Origin: Methanomassiliicoccales archaeon PtaU1.Bin124
Lineage (GTDB): Archaea; Thermoplasmatota; Thermoplasmata; Methanomassiliicoccales; UBA472
Direction of reading: 5' to 3'
NCBI GenBank assembly: GCA_002067865.1
Contig: MVRC01000018.1
Span: 1 to 53,540, forward strand
DNA: 53,540 nt
This document shows, piece after piece, positions 1 to 8,902 of this stretch. Position 1 is the first letter of the stretch. Every line of letters starts with the position of its first letter. The notes below the pieces were generated by a model that saw only the letters and a list, made by a program, of their open reading frames with translations, had not been told where the DNA came from and made no database searches. Position numbers and translations under genes: made by a program.

Positions 1-771
1 CCCAACACCAAGCCCGCAGCGTTTACACCCTGGACTACCGGGGTATCTAATCCCGTTTGCGCCCCAGGGCTTCGTTCCTCACCGTCGAATTCGTTCTAGT
101 CAGACGCCTTCGCCACCGGTGGTCCTTCTAGGATTACAGGATTTTACCCCTACCCCAGAAGTACCTCTGACCTCTCCCGATCCCAAGTCTTACAGTCTCC
201 CCGGACTTCGGACAGTTAAGCTGGCCGATTTACCCAAGGATTTATAAGACCGGCTACGAACGTTTTAGGCTCAATAATATCGACCACCACTCGGGCCGCG
301 GGTATTACCGCGGCGGCTGGCACCCGTCTTACCCGGCCCTTACTTCTCCAGTTTTTTGGACTGGGGAACAGCCAACACAATGTGCTGGCACTTGGAATTC
401 CCTCATCGGGGTTTCCCCCATTGTGAAGTTTTCGCGACTGCTGCGCCCCGTAGGGCCTGGACTCATGTCTCAGAGTCCATCTCAGGGCTCCCTCTTTCAA
501 GGCCCTTACGCGTCACTGGCTAGTGGGTCCGTTACACCCACTACAACCTGATACGCCGCAGACCAATCCTTGGGCACCGGAGTTTTGGACCTACAAGCAT
601 TCCAGCATAGTAGATCTATGGAGTATTATCCTCAGTTTCCCGAGATTATCCTCCACCCAAGGGCATGTTATCCGCGTGTTACTGAGCGGTCCGCCGAGTC
701 CTTACGACTCTCGACTCGCATGTCTTAATCGAATTCCAATAGCGGTGGCCGCCGGCAGGATCAACCGGAAT
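1..771 (-). rRNA. 16S rRNA, 5' ~770 nt; the 3' part lies beyond the window start
   Basis: Reverse complement of 721-780 reads ATTCCGGTTGATCCTGCCGGCGGCCACCGCTATTGG, the archaeal 16S 5' end. Rev-comp of ~640-700 gives GCTCAGTAACACGCGG. Rev-comp of ~300-320 is GGTGCCAGCCGCCGCGGTAATAC, the 515F region. Rev-comp of 1-60 contains GGATTAGATACCCCGGTAGTCC. No 23S-like sequence lies on the 5' side, so 16S appears unlinked. Confidence 0.9.
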
Positions 772-1032
772 CGATCCTTGTCGATAATTCCTGATTATCT
801 TAGGATTACACACTTTATAGGATTTGGCAGGATTACCAAGTTTCACCGGCGATACCACTTATCGATATCGCCATCGATCGTCAGAGCAAAGAGGGCACGT
901 CACGATGGACGGAGATCTTAGCTCTCCACTTTTCGTTCATTTTGCACGGTCATTTTAGACGCAACGACCTTTTGGCCAGTTGTTGCGTTTTGTGCGTTGT
1001 GTTCCGCGCAGAGTCCCCTTAACTTCGGGCTC

Positions 1033-1040
1033 ATATATAA
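1033..1040 (-). promoter_or_regulatory. TATA-like element (TTATATAT on minus strand) ~265 nt upstream of the mature 16S 5' end. Candidate rRNA promoter with a long leader.
   Basis: The plus strand reads tcatatataacc. On the minus strand this gives an archaeal TTTATATA-like box oriented toward the 16S gene. Confidence 0.3.
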
Positions 1041-1337
1041 CCCTTTCGAGTCACACATGCCTCCGAAGGGGGCAGCTTGCTTCCTTCCAAGCAAGGTAAA
1101 ATAACCTAATGCGTCCGAGTATATAGGCCTTTGCAGGGACTAGCCAGTATTGTTCTTTTTTGTAACTCAATCGTGGCAAGGTGTAGCATTCCGCACCGGC
1201 CCCTAAGGAAAAAATCGATATGAGTATCAGCCCTTGATCGAGCATCACTTACCATTGGAACGGAAATGAAATCATGCTACGTGGCCAGTTATCATTCTGC
1301 ACCACACATTTCAGGTGATTAATCCCATCATGCGAAA

Positions 1338-1345
1338 ATTTAAGA
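1338..1345 (+). promoter_or_regulatory. TATA-like box (AAATTTAA) ~27 nt upstream of the tRNA-Ser 5' end
   Basis: cgaaaatttaagaacg ends ~27 nt before tRNA position 1, the canonical archaeal TATA-to-start spacing. Confidence 0.35.
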
Positions 1346-1371
1346 ACGATAGGGCATTACTCAGAATCCAA

Positions 1372-1458
1372 GCGGAGATGGCCCAGCTCGGTAAGGCGTT
1401 GGATTGCTAATCCAATGTCCGAAAGGACTCGGGGGTTCAAATCCCCCTCTTCGCGCCA
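1372..1458 (+). tRNA. tRNA-Ser(GCU), 87 nt with encoded CCA
   Basis: Manual fold. Acceptor gcggaga pairs with tcttcgc (one G.U). D-stem is 3 bp (gcc/ggc) with GG in the D-loop. Anticodon stem ttgga/tccaa has loop ttGCTaa with U33. Long variable arm gtcc-gaaa-ggac is typical of class II Ser tRNAs. T-arm is ggggg-ttcaaat-ccccc, discriminator g, then cca. Confidence 0.85.
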
Positions 1459-1464
1459 CTTTTC
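1442..1464 (+). repeat. attL: 23-bp direct repeat (tccccctcttcgcgccacttttc) covering the tRNA-Ser 3' end (T-stem 3' strand, acceptor 3' strand, CCA) plus 6 nt downstream
   Basis: Perfect 23/23 identity with 17106-17128. The flanking catat is also shared, with a 2-nt offset. Confidence 0.8.
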
Positions 1465-1732
1465 ATATCCAGTATGTCAGATTTCTCAGTCAATCAGCGG
1501 TTTTTTGTACCGGACCGAGCCAGCAAAACACGTTACCGGACTTTAAGGGAAACATTTCAAGGGGATTAAGAGAAGATACGAGACCGCTACAAGGATTCGG
1601 CGGATTCATATCAAATTAATCCCCATTTATTTTTTCATGCTCGGTCTTGTTGCTATGATTCTCCATTGCGAATGTCCTTAAGCTAATCCTAAAGCTTTGA
1701 ACGACTTACAGCGTCAAAGTTGAGGGAAGAAA

Positions 1733-3253
1733 TTGGCTATTTCCAATCTGAATCACTTAAACGGTGACTTGAACGTCGGCACACTTGAGAACTGGCTCTG
1801 GGAAGCTGCCAACATCCTCAGGGGTCCAGTGGATGCTGCCGACTTTAAGACCTATATCTTCCCCATGCTCTTCTTCAAGCGCATATCTGATGTCTATGAT
1901 GAAGAGCATCAAGCTGCTCTAGACGAATCCGGTGGAGACGAAGAATATGCTTTGTTTCCTCAGAACTACCGTTTCCAGATACCGGATGGAAGTCATTGGG
2001 CCGATGTCCGTGCGGTCACTACCAATGTGGGCTCAGCCCTCCAGACGGCCATGAGAGGGATAGAGAAGGCGAATCCGGACACGCTTTACGGAATATTCGG
2101 TGATGCCCAATGGACCAACAAGGACCGTCTTCCGGACTCACTGCTCCGTGACCTAATCGAGCACTTCTCACAATACAACCTTGGAAACAAGAATGCACAA
2201 TCAGACATCCTAGGCCAATCTTATGAGTATCTGATTAAGAAGTTCGCTGACGCGACAAACAAGAAGGCTGGGGAGTTCTACACACCCCGGTCCGTTGTGC
2301 GGTTGATGGTCAACATCCTAGACCCTAAAGAGGGCGAGTCTATCTATGACCCTGCCTGTGGTACTGGCGGCATGCTTCTTGAGGCCGTCCATCATGTCAA
2401 GGTGAATCATGGTGATGACCGGACACTTTGGGGGAAGCTGTATGGCCAAGAGAAGAATCTTACCACATCTGCCATTGCTAGAATGAACTTGTTCCTTCAT
2501 GGCGCTTCTGATTTCCGTATCGTTCGTGGCGATACCCTTAGGCAACCCGCATTCCTTGCCAATGATGCATTGTCAACCTTTGATTGTGTGATTGCCAACC
2601 CACCTTTCTCATTGGAGAACTGGGGGGAAGAGGTATGGGCGAGTGACCCATACGGGCGGAACTTCGCAGGGATGCCACCGAACAAGAGCGGCGACTATGC
2701 ATGGGTACAGCATATGATACGTTCTATGGCGTCCAAGACCGGACGTATGGCGGTAGTGTTACCTCACGGTGCCTTGTTCCGGATGAACTCGGAAGGCCGG
2801 ATTCGTGAAAAAATACTCAAAATGGACATGCTTGAAGCGGTCATCGGGCTTGGGCCGAACCTGTTCTATGGCACCACCCTTGCTGCTTGTATTCTCGTTT
2901 TCCGCCAGCGTAAAATCGATGAGCGTAAACACAAAGTACTCGTAATTAACGCCTCGAAAGAGTTCAAGACTGGTCGTGCTCATAACGAGATGCTCTCGGA
3001 ACATATCGAGCATATCTATGGCTGGTATCATGATTTCAAGGACGTACCTGGCGTTGCCCGCGTCGTAATGCTTGATGAGATAGCCGCTAATGAGTATAAT
3101 CTCAACATTCCACGCTATATAGAATCAGATGTGGAGAATGATTCAATCTCACTTGACGAAGCCATGAAGCATCTGAGAAAAAGTGCAATAGATGCCTTTG
3201 CAGCCGAGGATAACCTAATTGAAATCCTCAAGCGGGAAGGGATGCTCCAATGA
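1733..3253 (+). CDS. hsdM: Type I restriction-modification methyltransferase subunit HsdM (N6-adenine MTase)
   Basis: TTG start preceded by gagggaag. Motif I DPACGTGGML, motif IV VIANPPFSL, and an HsdM N-terminal domain (ENWLWEAANILRG). The stop overlaps the next start (ATGA). Confidence 0.85.
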   Translation: MAISNLNHLNGDLNVGTLENWLWEAANILRGPVDAADFKTYIFPMLFFKRISDVYDEEHQAALDESGGDEEYALFPQNYRFQIPDGSHWADVRAVTTNVGSALQTAMRGIEKANPDTLYGIFGDAQWTNKDRLPDSLLRDLIEHFSQYNLGNKNAQSDILGQSYEYLIKKFADATNKKAGEFYTPRSVVRLMVNILDPKEGESIYDPACGTGGMLLEAVHHVKVNHGDDRTLWGKLYGQEKNLTTSAIARMNLFLHGASDFRIVRGDTLRQPAFLANDALSTFDCVIANPPFSLENWGEEVWASDPYGRNFAGMPPNKSGDYAWVQHMIRSMASKTGRMAVVLPHGALFRMNSEGRIREKILKMDMLEAVIGLGPNLFYGTTLAACILVFRQRKIDERKHKVLVINASKEFKTGRAHNEMLSEHIEHIYGWYHDFKDVPGVARVVMLDEIAANEYNLNIPRYIESDVENDSISLDEAMKHLRKSAIDAFAAEDNLIEILKREGMLQ

Positions 3254-5961
3254 CCACTCGTATCTCACAACAGCAGCTTGAATCCTATCTTTGGGGTGCC
3301 GCGACTCTCTTAAGGGGAACAATCGACGCGGGGGACTATAAACAATTCATCTTCCCGTTACTATTCTACAAACGTCTCTGCGACGTGTATGATGAGGAGA
3401 CTAAAACAGCACTGGTCGAATCTGAAGGCGATAAGGATTTCGCGGCGTACCCAGAGAATCATCGTTTCCAAATCCCAACCGATGCTCATTGGAACGAGAC
3501 TCGGACGGTATCAAAAAATGTTGGTGCTGCCCTGCAAAGCGCCTTGCGCACCATCGAGACCGCCAACCCAGACAAGCTATACGGCATCTTTGGAGATGCT
3601 CAGTGGACAAACAAGGAGCGTCTTCCCGATTCGTTGCTCCGTGACCTTATCGAGCACTTCAGTTCCTTGGAGTTGACCATTGCCAATCTCCCAGAAGATG
3701 AGCTTGGTAATGGCTACGAGTACCTGATTAAAAAGTTCGCGGACGATGCAGGTCACACTGCCGCGGAGTTCTATACAAATCGCACAGTAGTCCACTTGAT
3801 GACCGAGTTGCTCCAGCCGCAGCCAGGCGAGAGCATCTATGACCCAACTTGCGGTTCTGGAGGTATGCTGCTATCCTGTATTGCCCAATTGCGCAGACAA
3901 GGCAAGGAATGGCGCAATGTTCAGCTCTATGGCCAGGAGCGTAACCTAATGACCTCCTCCATAGCTCGGATGAATTGCTTTCTCCACGGCATCGAGGACT
4001 TCCGCATTGAACGGGGAGATACTCTTTCCGAACCAAAGTTCGTACAAAGAGACCATCTGCAGCAATTTGATGTTGTATTGGCGAACCCTCCTTACTCCAT
4101 CAAGCAATGGGACCGCGAGGCGTTCGCATCAGACCCATGGGGACGCAATATCCTGGGCACTCCTCCCCAGGGTAGGGCCGACTACGCTTTCTGGCAGCAT
4201 ATCATTAAAAGTATGAACCCTCAGACAGGAAGGTGTGCCATATTATTCCCACATGGTGTTCTATTTCGGAAGGAAGAAGAGAAGATGAGGCAGAAACTCA
4301 TTGAATCTGACCTTATCGAGTGTGTTATTGGCCTTGGGCCTAACCTCTTTTACAACTCCGCAATGGAAGCGTGTGTTATCATATGTCGTATGACCAAGCC
4401 GAACATGCGTCGTAATAAAATCCTCTTTATCAATGCTGTGAATGAAGTAACTCGCGAACGCGCCCAAAGTTATCTTACTGATAACCACATTGAACGAATT
4501 GTTAATGCATACAAAGTGTTCAAAAATGAACCTGGCTTTTCTAATGTTGCCTCATGGGATGAAATAAGGAATAATTTCAATAATCTGGGGGTCCAACTTT
4601 ACGTAAAAGAGGAGGTTACTAACAACTCGACTTTACACCCAGTGGATATACAATTGAATGAAACATTCTTCTCTTTTCTTAAAAACGCAAAATCAGTACG
4701 GAAATCTCTGTCATGTCTTGCCCCGTCCTTTAGAGATAATGATTACCATTCAATTAACCAAGAGGCCAAAATACATCAACCAGAATGGTTCAAGCGTTCT
4801 GAGTGGAAGACAGTGCGGCTTGGTGATGTGGCTGTTCGAGATACTGAAAGAATCGAGCCTGAAGGAGGGGCGGTCTATAGGTGGGTTGGTGCTGACCATA
4901 TTGATGAAGGGGACATACATGTTCGTCGCTGGGGTTATACAACGGACCCATTGTTTCCACCTACATTTCGTTATACGTTTAAAGCTGGCCATGTCTTAGT
5001 ACATTCACGTAACCCGAATAAAGTAACCATTCCAGATTTTAACGGCATTACGGGAGAAAAATTATTTGTCTTGAAATCGAAAGATAGTTCGTTACTACGT
5101 GAAGATACCCTTGCATTTGTCTTGATGTCTTCATACTTTAAGAAGTGGGCGTCACAATGGTCGTCTGGGTCTGTAAATAGATTCCTAAATTGGTCGGCTC
5201 TTGAAAAGTTGGAGTTCCAACTCCCGCCACTCGACCAGCAACGCCGAATCGCTGAAATACTATGGACTGTGGATGATAATATCGCGAAAGGCCAGGCATT
5301 ATATGATTCTTTAAAATTATTACGCAAGGCAATACTTGATTGTGGGTTCTCACCAGACGTCGAGAAACAGAGTTTGGGGGATATAGTTGATTATGCATCA
5401 GACGGACCATTTGGTTCTAAACTTAAAACAGAACACTATGCGTCCTCTGGTGCTCGAGTGATTAGATTACAGAATATCGGTGATGACTACTTTGATGACA
5501 CTGAAAAAGCATTCATTCCCCTAGATTATTATGAAGAGATGCGTCGTTATGAAGTTCGTGGTGGAGATATTATTGTAGCTGGACTAGGTGATGATACTCA
5601 CCCTGTTGGAAGAGCGGTATTGGTTCCAAATGATATTGGCCCAACCATTAACAAGTCTGATTGTTTTTGTATCCGCTGTACGCCTAGTAAAATCTTAAAC
5701 TCATTCCTTATTTATTATCTTAATAGTAAAGAAGGCAGAGAACAAGTTCTCGCACTGGCCCAAGGTACTACACGTTTACGAATCAATGTAGGAAATATCA
5801 AGACCATACTCGTTTCATTACCACCACTTAGCGAACAAAAACAAAGAGTGGACCAATTGGAAAGAGTTGATATGGCTATTGCAGTGGTTAAACAAACCTT
5901 GGAGGATATTAATCATTTATTATGCGAGTTGATTAATAATATCTTCGAGGAGAGATTATGA
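3250..5961 (+). CDS. HsdM-HsdS fusion: a second N6-adenine MTase module (~aa 1-480) fused to a specificity subunit with two target-recognition domains
   Basis: The N-terminal half is ~60% identical to the upstream HsdM (shared LYGIFGDAQWTNK.RLPDSLLRDLIEHFS, DPTCGSGGML, LANPPYSIKQW). The C-terminal ~400 aa has two TRDs. Each is followed by a conserved HsdS-type motif (LEFQLPPLDQQRRIAEILWTVDD and LVSLPPLSEQKQRVDQLERVD). Confidence 0.8.
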   Translation: MTTRISQQQLESYLWGAATLLRGTIDAGDYKQFIFPLLFYKRLCDVYDEETKTALVESEGDKDFAAYPENHRFQIPTDAHWNETRTVSKNVGAALQSALRTIETANPDKLYGIFGDAQWTNKERLPDSLLRDLIEHFSSLELTIANLPEDELGNGYEYLIKKFADDAGHTAAEFYTNRTVVHLMTELLQPQPGESIYDPTCGSGGMLLSCIAQLRRQGKEWRNVQLYGQERNLMTSSIARMNCFLHGIEDFRIERGDTLSEPKFVQRDHLQQFDVVLANPPYSIKQWDREAFASDPWGRNILGTPPQGRADYAFWQHIIKSMNPQTGRCAILFPHGVLFRKEEEKMRQKLIESDLIECVIGLGPNLFYNSAMEACVIICRMTKPNMRRNKILFINAVNEVTRERAQSYLTDNHIERIVNAYKVFKNEPGFSNVASWDEIRNNFNNLGVQLYVKEEVTNNSTLHPVDIQLNETFFSFLKNAKSVRKSLSCLAPSFRDNDYHSINQEAKIHQPEWFKRSEWKTVRLGDVAVRDTERIEPEGGAVYRWVGADHIDEGDIHVRRWGYTTDPLFPPTFRYTFKAGHVLVHSRNPNKVTIPDFNGITGEKLFVLKSKDSSLLREDTLAFVLMSSYFKKWASQWSSGSVNRFLNWSALEKLEFQLPPLDQQRRIAEILWTVDDNIAKGQALYDSLKLLRKAILDCGFSPDVEKQSLGDIVDYASDGPFGSKLKTEHYASSGARVIRLQNIGDDYFDDTEKAFIPLDYYEEMRRYEVRGGDIIVAGLGDDTHPVGRAVLVPNDIGPTINKSDCFCIRCTPSKILNSFLIYYLNSKEGREQVLALAQGTTRLRINVGNIKTILVSLPPLSEQKQRVDQLERVDMAIAVVKQTLEDINHLLCELINNIFEERL

Positions 5962-8876
5962 CATTCACAGAATCAACTACAGTCGAGCAGATGATTATCG
6001 ACTCTGTAACAAGAATAGGCGAGGCTGATGGATGGATTTACAAATCTCCCTCGGAACTACCACGAAGCTTGACTGACGTGATAGTTGAAAAGTGGTTGCG
6101 CGAAGCTTTAACCCATCTTAATCCCGAAATTAAAGCTCAGCCTGACCGAGCGGACGAAGTCATATACAACCTTCGAGCCATTTTACTCTCGGTGGGTGCC
6201 GATGGTCTTGTTCGAGCAAATGAGAATTTCACCGCCTGGCTTCGCGGTGAGAAGACCATGCCTTTCGGCCCGAACGGTGAGCATGTGCCAGTGCGTCTTA
6301 TTGATACAGACCAACCACTGAATAACCACCTTGTCGTCACCAACCAATGGACCTTCCAAGCAGGACCGTTGGAGAAGCGTTTCGATGTGGTCTTCGTGGT
6401 CAATGGTCTACCACTGATAATCGGTGAGGCGAAGACGCCGACTCGTAGCGCTGTAACTTGGTTCGATGGCGCATTCCAAATCAATCAGATTTACGAACGG
6501 GACGTTCCCGCTATGTTCGTGCCTAACGTCTTTTCCTTCGCTACCGAAGGCCGCCTATACCGATATGGCTCTATCCGTATGCCTATCGATATGTGGGGCC
6601 CCTGGCGTGATGACGATAATAGGGACGAAGGGCAGATGTATCATGTCAAAGCCACACTCAAGAGCATGTTGAGGCCAGAAGTGGCGTTGGACATCATGCA
6701 GAACTTCACCCTCTTTGCCACCGACAAAAAGCATCGGCGCATCAAGATAATCTGCCGTTATCAACAGTTCGACACGGTGAACAAGATTGTTGCGCGGGTC
6801 GTGGCAGGTTATCCGAAGAAAGGTCTGATATGGCATTTCCAGGGTAGTGGTAAGTCACTGTTAATGGTATTCGCCGCACAGAAGCTTAGGCTGCATCCAA
6901 AGCTCGGCAACCCTACGGTAATGATAGTGGTGGACCGAATCGACCTTGATACGCAGATAACGGCAACATTCAACGCTACAGACGTTCCGAACATGGTCGC
7001 CGTAGAAACGAGAGAGGAGCTTCAAACCCTATTAGCTCAGGACGCACGTAAGGTCCTCATCACCACGATTTTTAAGTTCGCCGAGGCAGGCGGGCGATTG
7101 AACGAGCGTTCTAACATCGTCGTGATGGTCGATGAGGCCCACCGGACACAGGAAGGGGACCTAGGCCGCAAAATGCGTGATGCATTGCCGAACGCCTTCC
7201 TCTTCGGTCTGACGGGCACTCCAATCAATCGGGCGGACAGGAACACTTTCTGGGCCTTCGGCGCGGATGAGGATGAGAAAGGTTACATGAGCCGTTACTC
7301 ATTCCAAGAATCCATACGCGACAAAGCGACTCTGCCCTTGCATTTTGAAGCGCCAGAAGTACGGCTCAAGATTGACCGTGCCGCCATAGACGAAGCGTTC
7401 AAGAACCTAACTGACGAGCTTTCTGACCAGGACCGCGATGACCTGGCGAAGAAGGCAGCAAAGATGGCCGTGCTGGTCAAGAACCCGGAACGAGTCCATG
7501 CGGTGGTTAAGCACATGGTCACTCATTTCCAGGAAAAGGTGGAGCCGAACGGGTTCAAGGCACAGGTCGTGGTCTTCGACCGTGAGTGCTGCGTACTTTA
7601 CAAACAAGTCATGGACGAGCTGATTGGTCCGGATGCCAGCGCCATAGTCATGACCACCGCATCTGCGGACCCGCCGGAATGGAGGCAGTACGAGCGTAGC
7701 AAGGATGATGAGGAGAAGTTGCTGGACCGATTCCGGGACCCAGCAGACCCTCTCAAGTTCGTTATCGTCACCAGCAAGCTCCTTACAGGCTTCGATGCCC
7801 CTATCCTTCAGGTAATGTACCTTGATAAGCCGATGAAGGACCACACTCTGCTTCAGGCCATATGCCGTACCAACCGTACATTCGGACCGGAGAAGACCCA
7901 TGGCCTCATCGTCGACTATATCGGCATATTCGATGATGTTGCCCGTTCGCTCGATTTCGACGAGAAATCGATGCATGAGGTTGTATCAAACATCGAGGAG
8001 CTTCGCAAGGCGTTACCGATACAGATGCAGACCTGTCTGGCGTTCTTCCCAGGCGTTGATAGGACCATTACGGGATATGATGGCTTGATGGCTGCACAGC
8101 AGTGCCTACCGAATAATGACGTTCGGGATAAGTTCGCATCTCAGTACACGATACTCGGGACCATATGGGAAGCCCTTTCACCCGATTCATGTCTCACCCC
8201 ATACGAGACAGATTACCGTTGGCTCACGCAGGTCTACGAGTCCGTAAGGCCGGTCAGCGGCAACGGTAAGCTGCTTTGGCATGCCCTGGGCGCTAAGACA
8301 ATCGAACTCATCAATCAGAACGTCCACCTTGACTCGGTGCGCGACGACGTGGAAACACTGGTCCTTGATGCCCAGATGCTCGAAGAGATTCTCAACGACA
8401 AGAACCCCGGTGAAAGGGCAAGGAAAGTTGAGATAATTTTAGTTGCCAGATTGTACAAGCATGTTGGCAATCCAAAGTTCACTGAACTGGGCAAGCGGTT
8501 AGAGCAAATCAAGGAACGTCATGAGAAAGGTCTCCTGACAAGTCTGGAGTTCCTTAAGCAAATACTCGAACTTGCCAAGGATGTGGTCGAAGCGGAGAAG
8601 GAGACCGACCCTGAGGAGGAGAGAGACAGGGCCAAAGAAGCACTTACCGAGCTGTTCAACGAAGCGAAGAACACGAATACACACATCATCGTTGAACGCA
8701 TCGTTGCCGACATCGACGACATTGTAAAGAAGGTGCGGTTCCCTGATTGGCAGCATACTTCTCAAGGCGAGCGGCTAGTGCAAAGAGAACTACGGAAAAC
8801 TCTGCTTAAGTACAAATTGCACACCGACCAGGAGCTGTTCGACCGGGCATATGGTTACATCAAACAATATTATTAA
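5958..8876 (+). CDS. hsdR: Type I restriction enzyme R subunit HsdR (SF2 helicase/endonuclease)
   Basis: 972 aa. Walker A GSGKSLLMV, DEAH box VMVDEAHRTQ, helicase motif III GLTGTP. Start overlaps the M-S fusion stop (ATGA). Completes an operon-like hsdM/hsdMS/hsdR trio. Confidence 0.85.
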   Translation: MTFTESTTVEQMIIDSVTRIGEADGWIYKSPSELPRSLTDVIVEKWLREALTHLNPEIKAQPDRADEVIYNLRAILLSVGADGLVRANENFTAWLRGEKTMPFGPNGEHVPVRLIDTDQPLNNHLVVTNQWTFQAGPLEKRFDVVFVVNGLPLIIGEAKTPTRSAVTWFDGAFQINQIYERDVPAMFVPNVFSFATEGRLYRYGSIRMPIDMWGPWRDDDNRDEGQMYHVKATLKSMLRPEVALDIMQNFTLFATDKKHRRIKIICRYQQFDTVNKIVARVVAGYPKKGLIWHFQGSGKSLLMVFAAQKLRLHPKLGNPTVMIVVDRIDLDTQITATFNATDVPNMVAVETREELQTLLAQDARKVLITTIFKFAEAGGRLNERSNIVVMVDEAHRTQEGDLGRKMRDALPNAFLFGLTGTPINRADRNTFWAFGADEDEKGYMSRYSFQESIRDKATLPLHFEAPEVRLKIDRAAIDEAFKNLTDELSDQDRDDLAKKAAKMAVLVKNPERVHAVVKHMVTHFQEKVEPNGFKAQVVVFDRECCVLYKQVMDELIGPDASAIVMTTASADPPEWRQYERSKDDEEKLLDRFRDPADPLKFVIVTSKLLTGFDAPILQVMYLDKPMKDHTLLQAICRTNRTFGPEKTHGLIVDYIGIFDDVARSLDFDEKSMHEVVSNIEELRKALPIQMQTCLAFFPGVDRTITGYDGLMAAQQCLPNNDVRDKFASQYTILGTIWEALSPDSCLTPYETDYRWLTQVYESVRPVSGNGKLLWHALGAKTIELINQNVHLDSVRDDVETLVLDAQMLEEILNDKNPGERARKVEIILVARLYKHVGNPKFTELGKRLEQIKERHEKGLLTSLEFLKQILELAKDVVEAEKETDPEEERDRAKEALTELFNEAKNTNTHIIVERIVADIDDIVKKVRFPDWQHTSQGERLVQRELRKTLLKYKLHTDQELFDRAYGYIKQYY

Positions 8877-8902
8877 TAAAAATATTTTTAAATTTTATCT
8901 AT
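8877..8902. terminator. AT/T-rich convergent intergenic spacer between hsdR (+) and pAgo (-)
   Basis: aaatatttttaaattttatctatctagatataatatttaaat: oligo-T tracts on both strands, as in archaeal intrinsic terminators. Confidence 0.3.

Noticed and set aside
216-921. ORFs of 94 and 132 aa (216..500 -, 523..921 +)
   Set aside because: They lie entirely inside the 16S rRNA gene. These are chance open frames in structural RNA.
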